Sequence record: DRR723986_5582
Length of the DNA stretch: 34,087 bases
Direction: 5' to 3' (one strand)
The position numbers and the translations under genes were made by a program. Position 1 is the first letter of the stretch. Each line of letters starts with the position of its first letter. The notes below the pieces were generated by a model. The model saw only the letters and a program-made list of their open reading frames with translations. It had not been told where the DNA came from and did not search any database. Shown here in pieces: positions 1-8,427 of the stretch.

Positions 1-720
1 GTAGGGATAGACGTAGTGCAGGCGCACCCAGATCCCGAACTCGCCGAGCGCTTCGCACAGCTCAAACAGGCGGGTTTTCAGCGGCCGACCGTTCCAGAAG
101 CCGGTGCGGTATTTGAGATCGACTCCGTAGGCGCTGGTGTCCTGGGAGATGACCAGCAGTTCCCTGACCCCGGCCCGCACCAGGCCTTCGGCCTCAGCCA
201 TCACCTCGCCGATCGGACGGCTCACCAGGTCACCGCGCATACTGGGGATGATGCAGAACTTGCAGCGGTGGTTGCAGCCCTCGGAGATTTTCAGGTAAGC
301 GTAGTGGCGGGGGGTCAGCTTGATGCCCTGAGGGGGCACCAGGTCGGTGTAGGGGTCATGCTGCTGTGTGCGGGGCACAAATTCATGCACCGCGCCAACG
401 ACTTCCTCGTAGGCGGCGGGACCTGAGACGCTCAGGACCTTGGGGTGCAGCTCGCGGATGTTGATCGCGTCGTCGCCTTTGCCCATGCAGCCGGTGACGA
501 TCACCCTGCCGTTTTCCTTCAGCGCTTCACCGATGGCGTCCAGCGATTCCTGTTTCGCACTGTCGATAAAACCGCAGGTGTTGACCACCACGACCTCGGC
601 ATCCTCGTAGCTGGGGACGATGTCATAGCCATCCAGCTTCAGCTGGGTGAGGATGCGCTCGGAGTCAACCAGCGCCTTGGGGCAGCCGAGGCTGACGAAA
701 CCGACTTTATTGGAAGCCAT
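1..720 (-). CDS. rimO: Ribosomal protein S12 methylthiotransferase (5' part; runs off the left edge)
   Basis: Not in the ORF track. Manual translation from ATG at 720 gives [27 protein letters not shown]..., NTCGFID, radical-SAM motif [10 protein letters not shown] and [10 protein letters not shown] at the window edge, with no in-frame stop. Confidence 0.96.
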   Translation of the reverse strand, partial: MASNKVGFVSLGCPKALVDSERILTQLKLDGYDIVPSYEDAEVVVVNTCGFIDSAKQESLDAIGEALKENGRVIVTGCMGKGDDAINIRELHPKVLSVSGPAAYEEVVGAVHEFVPRTQQHDPYTDLVPPQGIKLTPRHYAYLKISEGCNHRCKFCIIPSMRGDLVSRPIGEVMAEAEGLVRAGVRELLVISQDTSAYGVDLKYRTGFWNGRPLKTRLFELCEALGEFGIWVRLHYVYPY

Positions 721-750
721 GGGGTAAATCCGGCAGGGGTGCGGGAGCGC

Positions 751-756
751 ATTATA
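751..756 (-). promoter_or_regulatory. Putative sigma70 -10 box for rimO
   Basis: Perfect TATAAT on the minus strand 30 nt upstream of the rimO ATG, followed by a GC-rich discriminator (GCGCTCCC); -35 weak. Confidence 0.55.
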
Positions 757-805
757 CAGGGCGTATCCCGAGGCCGGAAATGGCTTGCCGGCCCATGCCC
801 CGGGA

Positions 806-1870
806 CTACTCCTGTTGTGGAATCGGCAGCACCAGGTCGCCCGGCGCCAGGCCTGATACGACTTCCACCAGTGCATCTTCCGAGCGATGTCCCAGCTTGA
901 CGAAGCGGCGCAGCGGTCCGTTGCTCGACGCAATCCAGACCACGTCCAGCTGGCCAACTGAAGCGACTCGGTCGATGGGTATCACCAGTTGGTCGCGCTG
1001 GCCCGCGGGGACCAGCAGTCGCGCGTACATGCCGGGCAGCAGGCCTTTCTCTGAGGGCAGCAAGGCCTTGACCATGAAGCTCCGTGAGCCCGGGTCCGCG
1101 GCCGGCACCAGCTCCTCGATGGTGGCACTCAGGGTGCGTTCCAGGGATGGGATTTCCACGGTGAGTTCCTGCCCTTCCTGCAGCGGGAGGGCGAGCTGTT
1201 CGCGCACGCGCGCCTCGACCCGCAGGGAAAAGGGGTTATACAGCGACAGCAGTTTGGTGCCGGGAGAAGCGGTATCGCCCGGCTCAGCGAAGCGATCCAC
1301 CACGCGCCCGGCAATCGGGGAGCGAATCTGGCTGTAGCTCACCGCTGCCTCAGCTTCCTCAAGGGTGTTCCTGGCCGATGCCAGTCCCGCCGCCAGAGAG
1401 GCCTCGTCAGCCCGTGCCGCATCCCGATCCGCGACTGCGATCAGGCCGCGCTCAAACAGCTGTTCCGCCCGGGCCAGGTTCTGCCGCGCTTCCTGCAGGC
1501 GAGCCTCGACTGAGCGGATCTGTTCCTGCGCCCCCTCGGCCCGCGCCAGCAGGTCGCTGCTTTCCAGCTCCAGCAGCAGCTGTCCCTGCTCTACATAGTC
1601 CCCGGCTCTTACCCGGATAGCGGTGATCCGCGCCAGAATGCGCGAGGAGATGATGGTGGTTTCGCGAGCTTCCACCGAGGCGGGCACCGACTCCTGTGAG
1701 GGTACTGAGCGCGTCAGCACGGCCACTGCATTGTCGCTATTGGCCGGGTTCGCATCGGCGACACCGGGTTGGATCTTGTCGCGGAAATATCCCGCCATCG
1801 CCGCCACCAGCACCAGCAGGATGACGATGGTGACCAGTGGCAGCAGCCAGCCCTTCTTTGCTTTAGCCAT
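806..1870 (-). CDS. RND efflux periplasmic adaptor (membrane fusion protein)
   Basis: Start moved to MAKAKKGW (ATG at 1870, overlapping the permease stop). N-terminal TM anchor, lipoyl half-motifs ([25 protein letters not shown]), alpha-hairpin, LLPGMYAR and [10 protein letters not shown]. Confidence 0.92.
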   Translation of the reverse strand: MAKAKKGWLLPLVTIVILLVLVAAMAGYFRDKIQPGVADANPANSDNAVAVLTRSVPSQESVPASVEARETTIISSRILARITAIRVRAGDYVEQGQLLLELESSDLLARAEGAQEQIRSVEARLQEARQNLARAEQLFERGLIAVADRDAARADEASLAAGLASARNTLEEAEAAVSYSQIRSPIAGRVVDRFAEPGDTASPGTKLLSLYNPFSLRVEARVREQLALPLQEGQELTVEIPSLERTLSATIEELVPAADPGSRSFMVKALLPSEKGLLPGMYARLLVPAGQRDQLVIPIDRVASVGQLDVVWIASSNGPLRRFVKLGHRSEDALVEVVSGLAPGDLVLPIPQQE

Positions 1871-4800
1871 GAGCAGAGTCCTTGTCGAAAACCAGCAGGT
1901 AAACCGTCGGCACGACAACCAGGGTAAAGGCTGTAGAGGCGACGATGCCAAAGATGATAGCCAGCGCCAGGCCGCTGAATACCGGATCGAGGGTGATGAT
2001 CAGGTTGCCTAACAGGGTGGTCCCTGCGGTGAGCAACACCGGCCGCATACGCACGGAGCCGGCCTGCAGCAGGGCGTCGCGGATGCTGGCTCCCTCGTTA
2101 CGGGCCTGGGCTATAAACTCGACCAGGATCAGGGAATTGCGCACCACGATGCCGGCCAGGGCAATCATGCCGATCATTGCAGTGGCGGTGAACAGCACGG
2201 GTTCCGGTGCGCCGGCGATAAGCCGCTCCCCGAACTGATTCATCAGCCAGAAGCCCGGCATGATGCCGATGATGGTCAGGGGAATGGCGGACATGATGAT
2301 CAGTGACAGGGCCGTGGAACTGGTCTGGACACGCAGCACAAAGAAGATCGCCAACAGGGCGAACAGGTAGCCCAGCCCCATGTCGCGGAACACGTCCTTG
2401 GTAATCTTCCATTCACCTTCACCGGTCCAGACGACGTCGGTACCTTCGGGTAGGCTCCAGCCATCCCCGGCACCGCTGGTGAAGAAGGTGCGGGTCCGCC
2501 AGTTGTTCGCAGCCCCCGTTGCCGCGTTCATGTCAGTGTGCACATCGGCGATGATCTCGGCCGGCGTACGACCGTTCAGTTCGGCCATGACGTACACCAC
2601 CGGGCGCAGGTCCTTGCGATGGATCGCCTGGTCTGCCACGCCCTGTTCGAACCGGCCCAGTTCGCCGATTGCGGCCAGCGGCTGGGGTGCTATTTCCAGG
2701 CCCTGGGCGGTACTGGCCTTGGCGACACCGGTGCGGCCCTTGACCAGCAGACGCTGGAAATCATTCTCGGTCGCGCGTTGCCGGGGATCGAGTCGCAGCT
2801 CGATCGGTAGCGGCCGCGCTTCCCGCTCCAGTTGCACGAAGCCGGCCACGTAGCCCGCGTTGGCCATGGCAAGGGTCTGGGCGACATCCTGGCTGGAGAT
2901 GCCCGAGAGCGCGGCTTTCTGTTTGTCTGTGACGAAACGCAGTCGTGCTTTGTCATGTTCGATGGTGGAATCGATTTCCACCACGTGCGCCTCCCGGGAC
3001 AGGCGCCCCATAAGATTGCGCGCGGCGGCCTTCTGAGTGCTGTAGGGGGTGAGGGTATCGCCGTAAATTTCCGCAACGAGCGTACTCAGTACCGGGGGCC
3101 CGGGTGGGACTTCAACCACCTTGATGTGAATACCGTCGCGGTTGAACGGAGCCAGTTGCTCGCGCAGTCGCAATACCAGTCCATGGGACTGGTGGGCGCG
3201 ATCGGCCTTGTCCGCCAGGGTCAGGCGCAGTTCGCCCATGTGCGGGCCCTGGCGCTGGTAGTAGCGGCGTACCATGCCGTTAAAGTCGATGGGGGAGGGA
3301 ATGCCGACGAAGGCGGCTATCGCCTGCACTTCCGGTACCCGGGTCAGTTCGGCACCGAGTTCGCGGGCCAGTGCCGCGGTTTGCTCCAGACTGGCGCTCT
3401 CGGGCATGTCGATCAGTACCTGCACCTCATTCTTGTTGTCGAACGGCAGCAGCTTCAGCGGCACCAGGCGCAGCACCGGGAGCAGGGCAGTCGCGATGAA
3501 CAATGCCAGCACCAGCCAGAGGATGGTTTTTGCCAGCCGCCGGTTATCGAGAATGGGTGCCATGATCCGGGCGTAAATGCCGTGGTCCGTCACTACGTCC
3601 GGTGTATCGCTGCTGGCATTTTCACGGAGCAACCGGCTGGCCAGCCAGGGCGTGACCAGAAAGGCGACCAGGGTGCTGCTGATCACGCTGACGGGCACAT
3701 TGAATGCCATTGGTGCCATGTAGGGACCCATCATGCCGGTGATGAAAGCCAGCGGCAGGAAGGCAACGATGATCGTCACTGTGGACATGATCAGCGGGAT
3801 GCGGATTTCGGCGATGGCCGCGACCACGCGTTCGCGCAGCGGCAGCGTGGTGCGGCTCATGAACCGGGAGATATTGTCGACCCCGGTGATCGGGTCATCC
3901 ACCAGCAGGCCCAGCGAGAGGATCAGGGCAAACAGGGTGACCCGGTTGATGGTATACCCCAGCGCCATGTCCAGGGCCAGGGTGACTCCGTAGCAGATGG
4001 GTACTGCCAGCCCGACCACCAGCGCCTGGCGCCAGCCCAGGAATACGCCGATGAAAATCACTACAGTGAGAATCGCGAAACCCAGGCTGCTGGCCAGGTT
4101 ATTAACTTTCTCGTCGGCGGTCTGGCCATAGTCTCGCAACACTTCGACATGCACTTCCGGGGGCAGGAATTCCGCCTCCAGTCGTGCCATGGTGTCGTGC
4201 ACTTCTTTTGCCACGGCCACCGCGTTGGCGCCGCGTTGCTTGGCTACCGAGATGGCGACCATCGGCAGTGACCCGGTGGCCCCGGCGGGGTGGTCCCCGG
4301 TGAAACTGATCCAGGTGTACTCGTCGGCTTCGGCCGGTCCATCCACGATGCGGGCCACATCCCGAAGGAAGACCGGGACGCCGTCGATGACGTTGACCGC
4401 GAGGTTTTCCAGTTCCTGTATATCGCGAACGACATCACCGCCCTCCAGCACGAGCGATTCATTACCCAGGGTCCAGTTGCCCGCATCGATGAGGATATTG
4501 GAGACCGCCAGCGCCGAGACGATGTCGGCAGCGGTAGTCTTGCGTGCACCGAGGCTCTCGGGATCTATCAGGATGCGCACCGTCCGCGGCCGGCCGCCGG
4601 CGATGTTGACCTCGCTGGTGGCGGGAATGCCCTGCAGCAGGGTGGAGACCTCGTCGGCGAAGCGGCGCAGTTCGTAGTCGCTGTAGCGCTGGGGGTTCTC
4701 GCTCCACAGGCCAAGCAGGACGATGGGTACGTCATCAACCTCGACCGGTCGCAGCATCCAGCGGCTGACTACGGGTGGGACGTGGTCCTGGTTGGAGTAC

Positions 4801-5147
4801 AGCTTGTTGTAGGTATTGAGGATCGAGTCCTCCCGGTCCTGGCCGACGTAGAAACGCAGGGTGACCGCAGCCTGGCCGGTGGCGGTGGAGGAATAGACGT
4901 TTTCCACGCCGGGTATCTGGGCCAGCAGCTTTTCCAGGGGGATAGTGACCTGCCGCTCGACCTGGGTCGCGCTGAGCCCGGGTGCTTCCACCAGCACGTC
5001 CACCATGGGCACGACGATCTGCGGCTCTTCCTCCCGCGGTGTATACAGCAGGGCCAGCAGGCCAGCGGCAAGGCCCAGCAGGAAGATCAGCTGGGGCAGG
5101 CCGCCCTGTAGGGCGTACCGAACTACCCGATCCAGGGGATGGGACAT
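1863..5147 (-). CDS. RND efflux transporter permease (AcrB/AcrD/AcrF superfamily)
   Basis: 1094 aa, two TM bundles with large periplasmic loops; PREEEPQIVVP, GLLVDDPI (TM4 Asp pair), GIVVRNSLILVEF, RMRPVLLT. Confidence 0.95.
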   Translation of the reverse strand: MSHPLDRVVRYALQGGLPQLIFLLGLAAGLLALLYTPREEEPQIVVPMVDVLVEAPGLSATQVERQVTIPLEKLLAQIPGVENVYSSTATGQAAVTLRFYVGQDREDSILNTYNKLYSNQDHVPPVVSRWMLRPVEVDDVPIVLLGLWSENPQRYSDYELRRFADEVSTLLQGIPATSEVNIAGGRPRTVRILIDPESLGARKTTAADIVSALAVSNILIDAGNWTLGNESLVLEGGDVVRDIQELENLAVNVIDGVPVFLRDVARIVDGPAEADEYTWISFTGDHPAGATGSLPMVAISVAKQRGANAVAVAKEVHDTMARLEAEFLPPEVHVEVLRDYGQTADEKVNNLASSLGFAILTVVIFIGVFLGWRQALVVGLAVPICYGVTLALDMALGYTINRVTLFALILSLGLLVDDPITGVDNISRFMSRTTLPLRERVVAAIAEIRIPLIMSTVTIIVAFLPLAFITGMMGPYMAPMAFNVPVSVISSTLVAFLVTPWLASRLLRENASSDTPDVVTDHGIYARIMAPILDNRRLAKTILWLVLALFIATALLPVLRLVPLKLLPFDNKNEVQVLIDMPESASLEQTAALARELGAELTRVPEVQAIAAFVGIPSPIDFNGMVRRYYQRQGPHMGELRLTLADKADRAHQSHGLVLRLREQLAPFNRDGIHIKVVEVPPGPPVLSTLVAEIYGDTLTPYSTQKAAARNLMGRLSREAHVVEIDSTIEHDKARLRFVTDKQKAALSGISSQDVAQTLAMANAGYVAGFVQLEREARPLPIELRLDPRQRATENDFQRLLVKGRTGVAKASTAQGLEIAPQPLAAIGELGRFEQGVADQAIHRKDLRPVVYVMAELNGRTPAEIIADVHTDMNAATGAANNWRTRTFFTSGAGDGWSLPEGTDVVWTGEGEWKITKDVFRDMGLGYLFALLAIFFVLRVQTSSTALSLIIMSAIPLTIIGIMPGFWLMNQFGERLIAGAPEPVLFTATAMIGMIALAGIVVRNSLILVEFIAQARNEGASIRDALLQAGSVRMRPVLLTAGTTLLGNLIITLDPVFSGLALAIIFGIVASTAFTLVVVPTVYLLVFDKDSAHG

Positions 5148-5175
5148 AGACGACTTCCTTTGCGATGGCTCGCGT

Positions 5176-5379
5176 TTACTGGAAAGCGCAGCCCGGCTGC
5201 CGACCCGTGGCCTTCAGGATCAGCGCCAGCGGGCAGAAGCCGGTGAAGGCTGCCTGCAGCATGTTGGCTCCGACGAAGGCGGTAAACCAGAGCCAGTAGG
5301 TGGAGTGAAGCTGGCTCAGCGCCAGGCTGACCAGGATGAATACACCTGCGATTGCGAATACCAGTCTGTCGACGTTCAT
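5176..5379 (-). CDS. DUF2892 / YgaP-like small inner-membrane protein
   Basis: 67 aa with N-terminal DR, two hydrophobic helices and TGFCPL motif; AAGGAG RBS upstream. Confidence 0.85.
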   Translation of the reverse strand: MNVDRLVFAIAGVFILVSLALSQLHSTYWLWFTAFVGANMLQAAFTGFCPLALILKATGRQPGCAFQ

Positions 5380-5466
5380 GGTGGAATCTCCTTCTGTTGG
5401 TTCAGGTCTTGCGTATCTCGATGTTGGTGTTGGTCAGCGCTACTCTCCCCGGTTCGGTTGAGGCGT

Positions 5467-5772
5467 TCAGGCCGCTTCCTCCGGGCAGTAAATATCGTGC
5501 AAGGTCTCCAGCACAGCCTGCACTTCCGGATTACTCAGGGAATAGTAAATGCGCTGGGCTTCCCGCCGTGTTTCTACCACTCCCGCGTCTCGCAGCCTGG
5601 CCAGGTGCTGGGAAATCGCCGACTGCCCGAGTCCGGTCAGCCGCTCCAGTTCGCCGACGGTGTGCTCCCGGGTCACCAGGGCGCAAAGCACCAGCAAACG
5701 GCTGGGATGGGCCAGGGATTTCAGCAGGCTCGAGGCCTGGGCCGCATTGGCTTGCATCAGGTCAATATCCAT
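5467..5772 (-). CDS. ArsR/SmtB-family repressor, BigR/SqrR/YgaV/HlyU type
   Basis: Start at MDIDLMQ (ATG 5772). LKSLAHPSRLLVLC, HTH QSAISQHLARLR and C-terminal LHDIYC; Cys30 and Cys96 are 66 residues apart. Confidence 0.9.
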   Translation of the reverse strand: MDIDLMQANAAQASSLLKSLAHPSRLLVLCALVTREHTVGELERLTGLGQSAISQHLARLRDAGVVETRREAQRIYYSLSNPEVQAVLETLHDIYCPEEAA

Positions 5773-5810
5773 AACAATGCGATAAGCTTGGGCTTGAAGC
5801 CGACCAGTTA

Positions 5811-5846
5811 ACATTAGATAATTATTATATTAGATTCAACTAATAT
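5811..5846. promoter_or_regulatory. Putative tandem operator of the ArsR-family repressor
   Basis: Perfect inverted repeat ATATTAG-N6-CTAATAT at 5827-5846 plus a degenerate copy ACATTAG-N6-ATTATAT at 5811-5830, in an AT-rich island between divergent genes. Confidence 0.7.
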
Positions 5847-5869
5847 TATTGATCAGGATCATTAAAACT

Positions 5870-6244
5870 ATGCTCACACCCTTACCAGAACTCATTGCCT
5901 CCGCCCGTGCCGGCTTGCGCTGCCTGGACGCCGAAGCCGCCATCCACGAGATCAGGGACAACGGCGGTACCATTGTCGATGTTCGTGAGCCGGTAGAGGT
6001 CAGTGCCACTCCGGCTCCCCATTCGCTGAACATTCCCCGGGGCATCCTGGAGATGAAAGTGATGGATGTGATCACGGATGCCGATCACCCGCTGTATATC
6101 CATTGCGCCACCGGTGGTCGCGCAACCCTCGCCGCAGAGCAATTGCAACGGCTCGGTTATTCCCGGGTTGCGGTCATAACCTGTCCGATCGATGTGGTGT
6201 GCGCCAAGCAGGCCCTGCTGGGCCCTGCCGGAGAGGGCGCCTGA
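5870..6244 (+). CDS. Single-domain rhodanese-like sulfurtransferase
   Basis: ATG at 5870 after a CAGGA RBS; IVDVREPVE, NIPRGILE and active-site loop HCATGGR. Confidence 0.9.
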   Translation: MLTPLPELIASARAGLRCLDAEAAIHEIRDNGGTIVDVREPVEVSATPAPHSLNIPRGILEMKVMDVITDADHPLYIHCATGGRATLAAEQLQRLGYSRVAVITCPIDVVCAKQALLGPAGEGA

Positions 6245-6246
6245 CG

Positions 6247-7026
6247 GTGGCAGCGACCGTAAACAGCGTTCGGGAGGGCCGGGTAACGGTGGTCACCCTT
6301 GCCCGCGCCGCGGTGCGCAACGCCGTTGACGGCGAAACTGCAGCGGCACTGGCTGAGGCGTTTCGCGCCTTCGACCAGGACCCGGACAGTGATGTAGCGG
6401 TGCTCACCGGTGAGCAGGGCCATTTCTGCGCGGGAGCGGACCTGAAAGCGGTTGCCGCGGGCGATGCCGCTAATCGCCTGGACCCTGAAGGAGACGGTCC
6501 GATGGGGCCGTCACGCATGGTACTGGGCAAGCCGGTCATTGCGGCAATCGCCGGTCACGCGGTGGCCGGTGGACTGGAACTGGCCCTGTGGTGTGATCTG
6601 CGCATTGTTGAAGAGAGCGCGGTACTGGGGGTGTTCTGCCGGCGCTGGGGTGTACCACTGGTGGACGGGGGAACCCTGCGGCTGCCGCGGCTGATCGGCC
6701 ACAGCCGGGCCATGGACCTGATTCTTACCGGGCGGCCGGTGGACGCAGCAGAAGCCCTCAGCATCGGTCTTGCCAACCGGGTGGTGCCAGACGGGCAGGC
6801 GCTGCCTGCGGCCCTGGAGTTGGCCCGGCAGCTCAGTCGATTCCCGCAGAACTGCCTGCGTTCCGACCGACTGTCAGCGATCGAGCAGTGGGGTCTGTCG
6901 GAAAGCGATGCGCTGGCCAATGAATTTCAACGCGGTATGCAGGTTATCGAGTCGCGCGAAACCCAGGCCGGGGCCAGCCGCTTCGCTGGCGGTCATGGCC
7001 GGCACGGGGACTTCGGCGACATCTGA
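6247..7026 (+). CDS. Crotonase / enoyl-CoA hydratase-isomerase family protein
   Basis: GTG at 6247 after a GGAGAGG RBS; RNAVD, FCAGADLK, KPVIAAIAGHAVAGGLELALWCD and LILTGRPVDAAEA. Confidence 0.9.
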   Translation: MAATVNSVREGRVTVVTLARAAVRNAVDGETAAALAEAFRAFDQDPDSDVAVLTGEQGHFCAGADLKAVAAGDAANRLDPEGDGPMGPSRMVLGKPVIAAIAGHAVAGGLELALWCDLRIVEESAVLGVFCRRWGVPLVDGGTLRLPRLIGHSRAMDLILTGRPVDAAEALSIGLANRVVPDGQALPAALELARQLSRFPQNCLRSDRLSAIEQWGLSESDALANEFQRGMQVIESRETQAGASRFAGGHGRHGDFGDI

Positions 7027-7036
7027 GACGCGCTGC

Positions 7037-7540
7037 CTAGAGGGAAAGATCGCCAGGTCCGCTGTAACTGCCCACCCGCAGTTCCTTGCGCAGCAGGCCC
7101 AGCAATTCCAGACAGTCCTCCCGGTTAAGAAATTCTCCAACCCGCACCCGCTCGCTGCGGTTGTGCAGGGCCAGTTGCGGGCCTTCCCAGGGGTGCTTTT
7201 CGGGCGTTACCGCCAGCCCGGAATCGGTGCGCTTGAACTCCCAGCTCTGGCGCGGGGCGTAGAATCCCTTGTCGATGCGCAGCCGATCCTCGCTCAGGGT
7301 AATCACGTGACGGTATTGCAGCTTCCAGTTGACGTAGTACAGGGCACTGCCCAGGGCGGCCAGTTCCAGGCCGGCGAAGGGCAGGATAGGCCAGGCGCCG
7401 GCGAGCGCGAAGCCCACGGCGATACCCACCGATGGCACGGCGATCGCGAGCAGCACCAGTTTATTGGTGCGCCAGGTGGCCGACTGATTGGGCTGGAGCA
7501 CAATCATCAGTCGGGATGCGTTTCGGGTGCTGGTGACCAC
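7037..7540 (-). CDS. DUF2244-family membrane protein
   Basis: LQPNQS motif, two TM helices with WPILPFAGLE, C-terminal VRVGEFLN..E. Confidence 0.75.
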   Translation of the reverse strand: MVTSTRNASRLMIVLQPNQSATWRTNKLVLLAIAVPSVGIAVGFALAGAWPILPFAGLELAALGSALYYVNWKLQYRHVITLSEDRLRIDKGFYAPRQSWEFKRTDSGLAVTPEKHPWEGPQLALHNRSERVRVGEFLNREDCLELLGLLRKELRVGSYSGPGDLSL

Positions 7541-7623
7541 AGCTGCCGTCCTTGTTATCGTTGCCTGATTCTAGCCAAATCGTGTGCGGGCGCACACGCT
7601 CGTAACAGCTTACGGAATAAGGC

Positions 7624-8427
7624 ATGACAACGGATCTGTTGATCGAACCCGATCAAATACCCGGTGACGTTCGGGTACTGGACTGTCGGTTTTCGCTGGC
7701 CGACCCGGCCCAGGGTCGGCGGGCCTACCTCGCCGGCCACATTCCGGGCGCACTGCATGTCGACCTGGAGCAACACCTCTGTGGCCCGGTGGGCCGGCAC
7801 GGTGGGCGCCACCCCTTGCCGCAGCCTGCGGCATTTGCCGCCACCCTTGCCAGTCTCGGGATCGGTCGTGATACCCCGGTGCTTGCCTATGACGACGCGC
7901 GCTTTGCTTTCGCCAGTCGCCTGTGGTGGATGATGCGCAGTTTGGGATACCGCCCACCGCGGCTGCTCAATGGCGGCTATGAGGCATGGCTGGCCAGCGG
8001 CGGTGAGCCGGAGGTGGGAGCAGTTGCGCCGGTTGCGGCGGCGGTGCCCGAGCCCGGGCCCGGCAACTACAAAGGGGTCTGCGATATTGAGGGCCTGCGT
8101 CAGTTACAGGAGGCGGGCGCCTGGTTGGTTGATGCGCGCGAATCCCGCCGCTACGACGGTATTGAGGAACCGATTGATCCGGTTGCCGGCCACATCCCCG
8201 GGGCGATTAACCGACCCTGGCAGGCGGTTACCGATTCTGAGGCTCGCTTACTGGACAGCAACAGCCTGCGCGCGCACTGGCACGATGCGCTGGAGGCGGA
8301 GCAGTTGGTGGTCTACTGCGGCTCCGGCGTTACCGCCTGCGTCAACCTGTTTTCCCTGGCAGCGCTGGGTCGCGATGATGCGATGCTGTATTCAGGTAGC
8401 TGGAGTGACTGGTGTACGTACCTCTGA
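7624..8427 (+). CDS. sseA: Tandem-domain sulfurtransferase (thiosulfate/3-mercaptopyruvate sulfurtransferase, SseA type)
   Basis: VLDCRF, GHIPGA (twice), GRHPLP, catalytic YCGSGVTA and C-terminal signature YSGSWSDW. Confidence 0.88.
   Translation: MTTDLLIEPDQIPGDVRVLDCRFSLADPAQGRRAYLAGHIPGALHVDLEQHLCGPVGRHGGRHPLPQPAAFAATLASLGIGRDTPVLAYDDARFAFASRLWWMMRSLGYRPPRLLNGGYEAWLASGGEPEVGAVAPVAAAVPEPGPGNYKGVCDIEGLRQLQEAGAWLVDARESRRYDGIEEPIDPVAGHIPGAINRPWQAVTDSEARLLDSNSLRAHWHDALEAEQLVVYCGSGVTACVNLFSLAALGRDDAMLYSGSWSDWCTYL

Noticed and set aside
16-900. Plus-strand ORFs 16-426 and 445-900
   Set aside because: In-register antisense of rimO, which is the real gene here.
2832-4271. 479-aa plus-strand ORF (also 4290-5111 and 4945-5811)
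   Set aside because: Antisense shadow of the RND operon; no recognisable motifs; expected from GC-rich codon bias.
5380-5466. ACCAACA-type repeats on the minus strand between the ArsR and DUF2892 genes
   Set aside because: Too short and irregular to call an RNA element or repeat.
5467-5772. Arsenic or heavy-metal resistance reading of ArsR plus RND
   Set aside because: No CxC/CxxC alpha3 or alpha5 His/Asp metal site in the regulator; no ars, czc or cus partner genes; the cysteine pattern fits BigR/SqrR.
806-6244. Possible mobile element or island carrying the RND module
   Set aside because: No integrase, transposase, tRNA or flanking direct repeats seen, and composition looks like the core genes apart from the operator.
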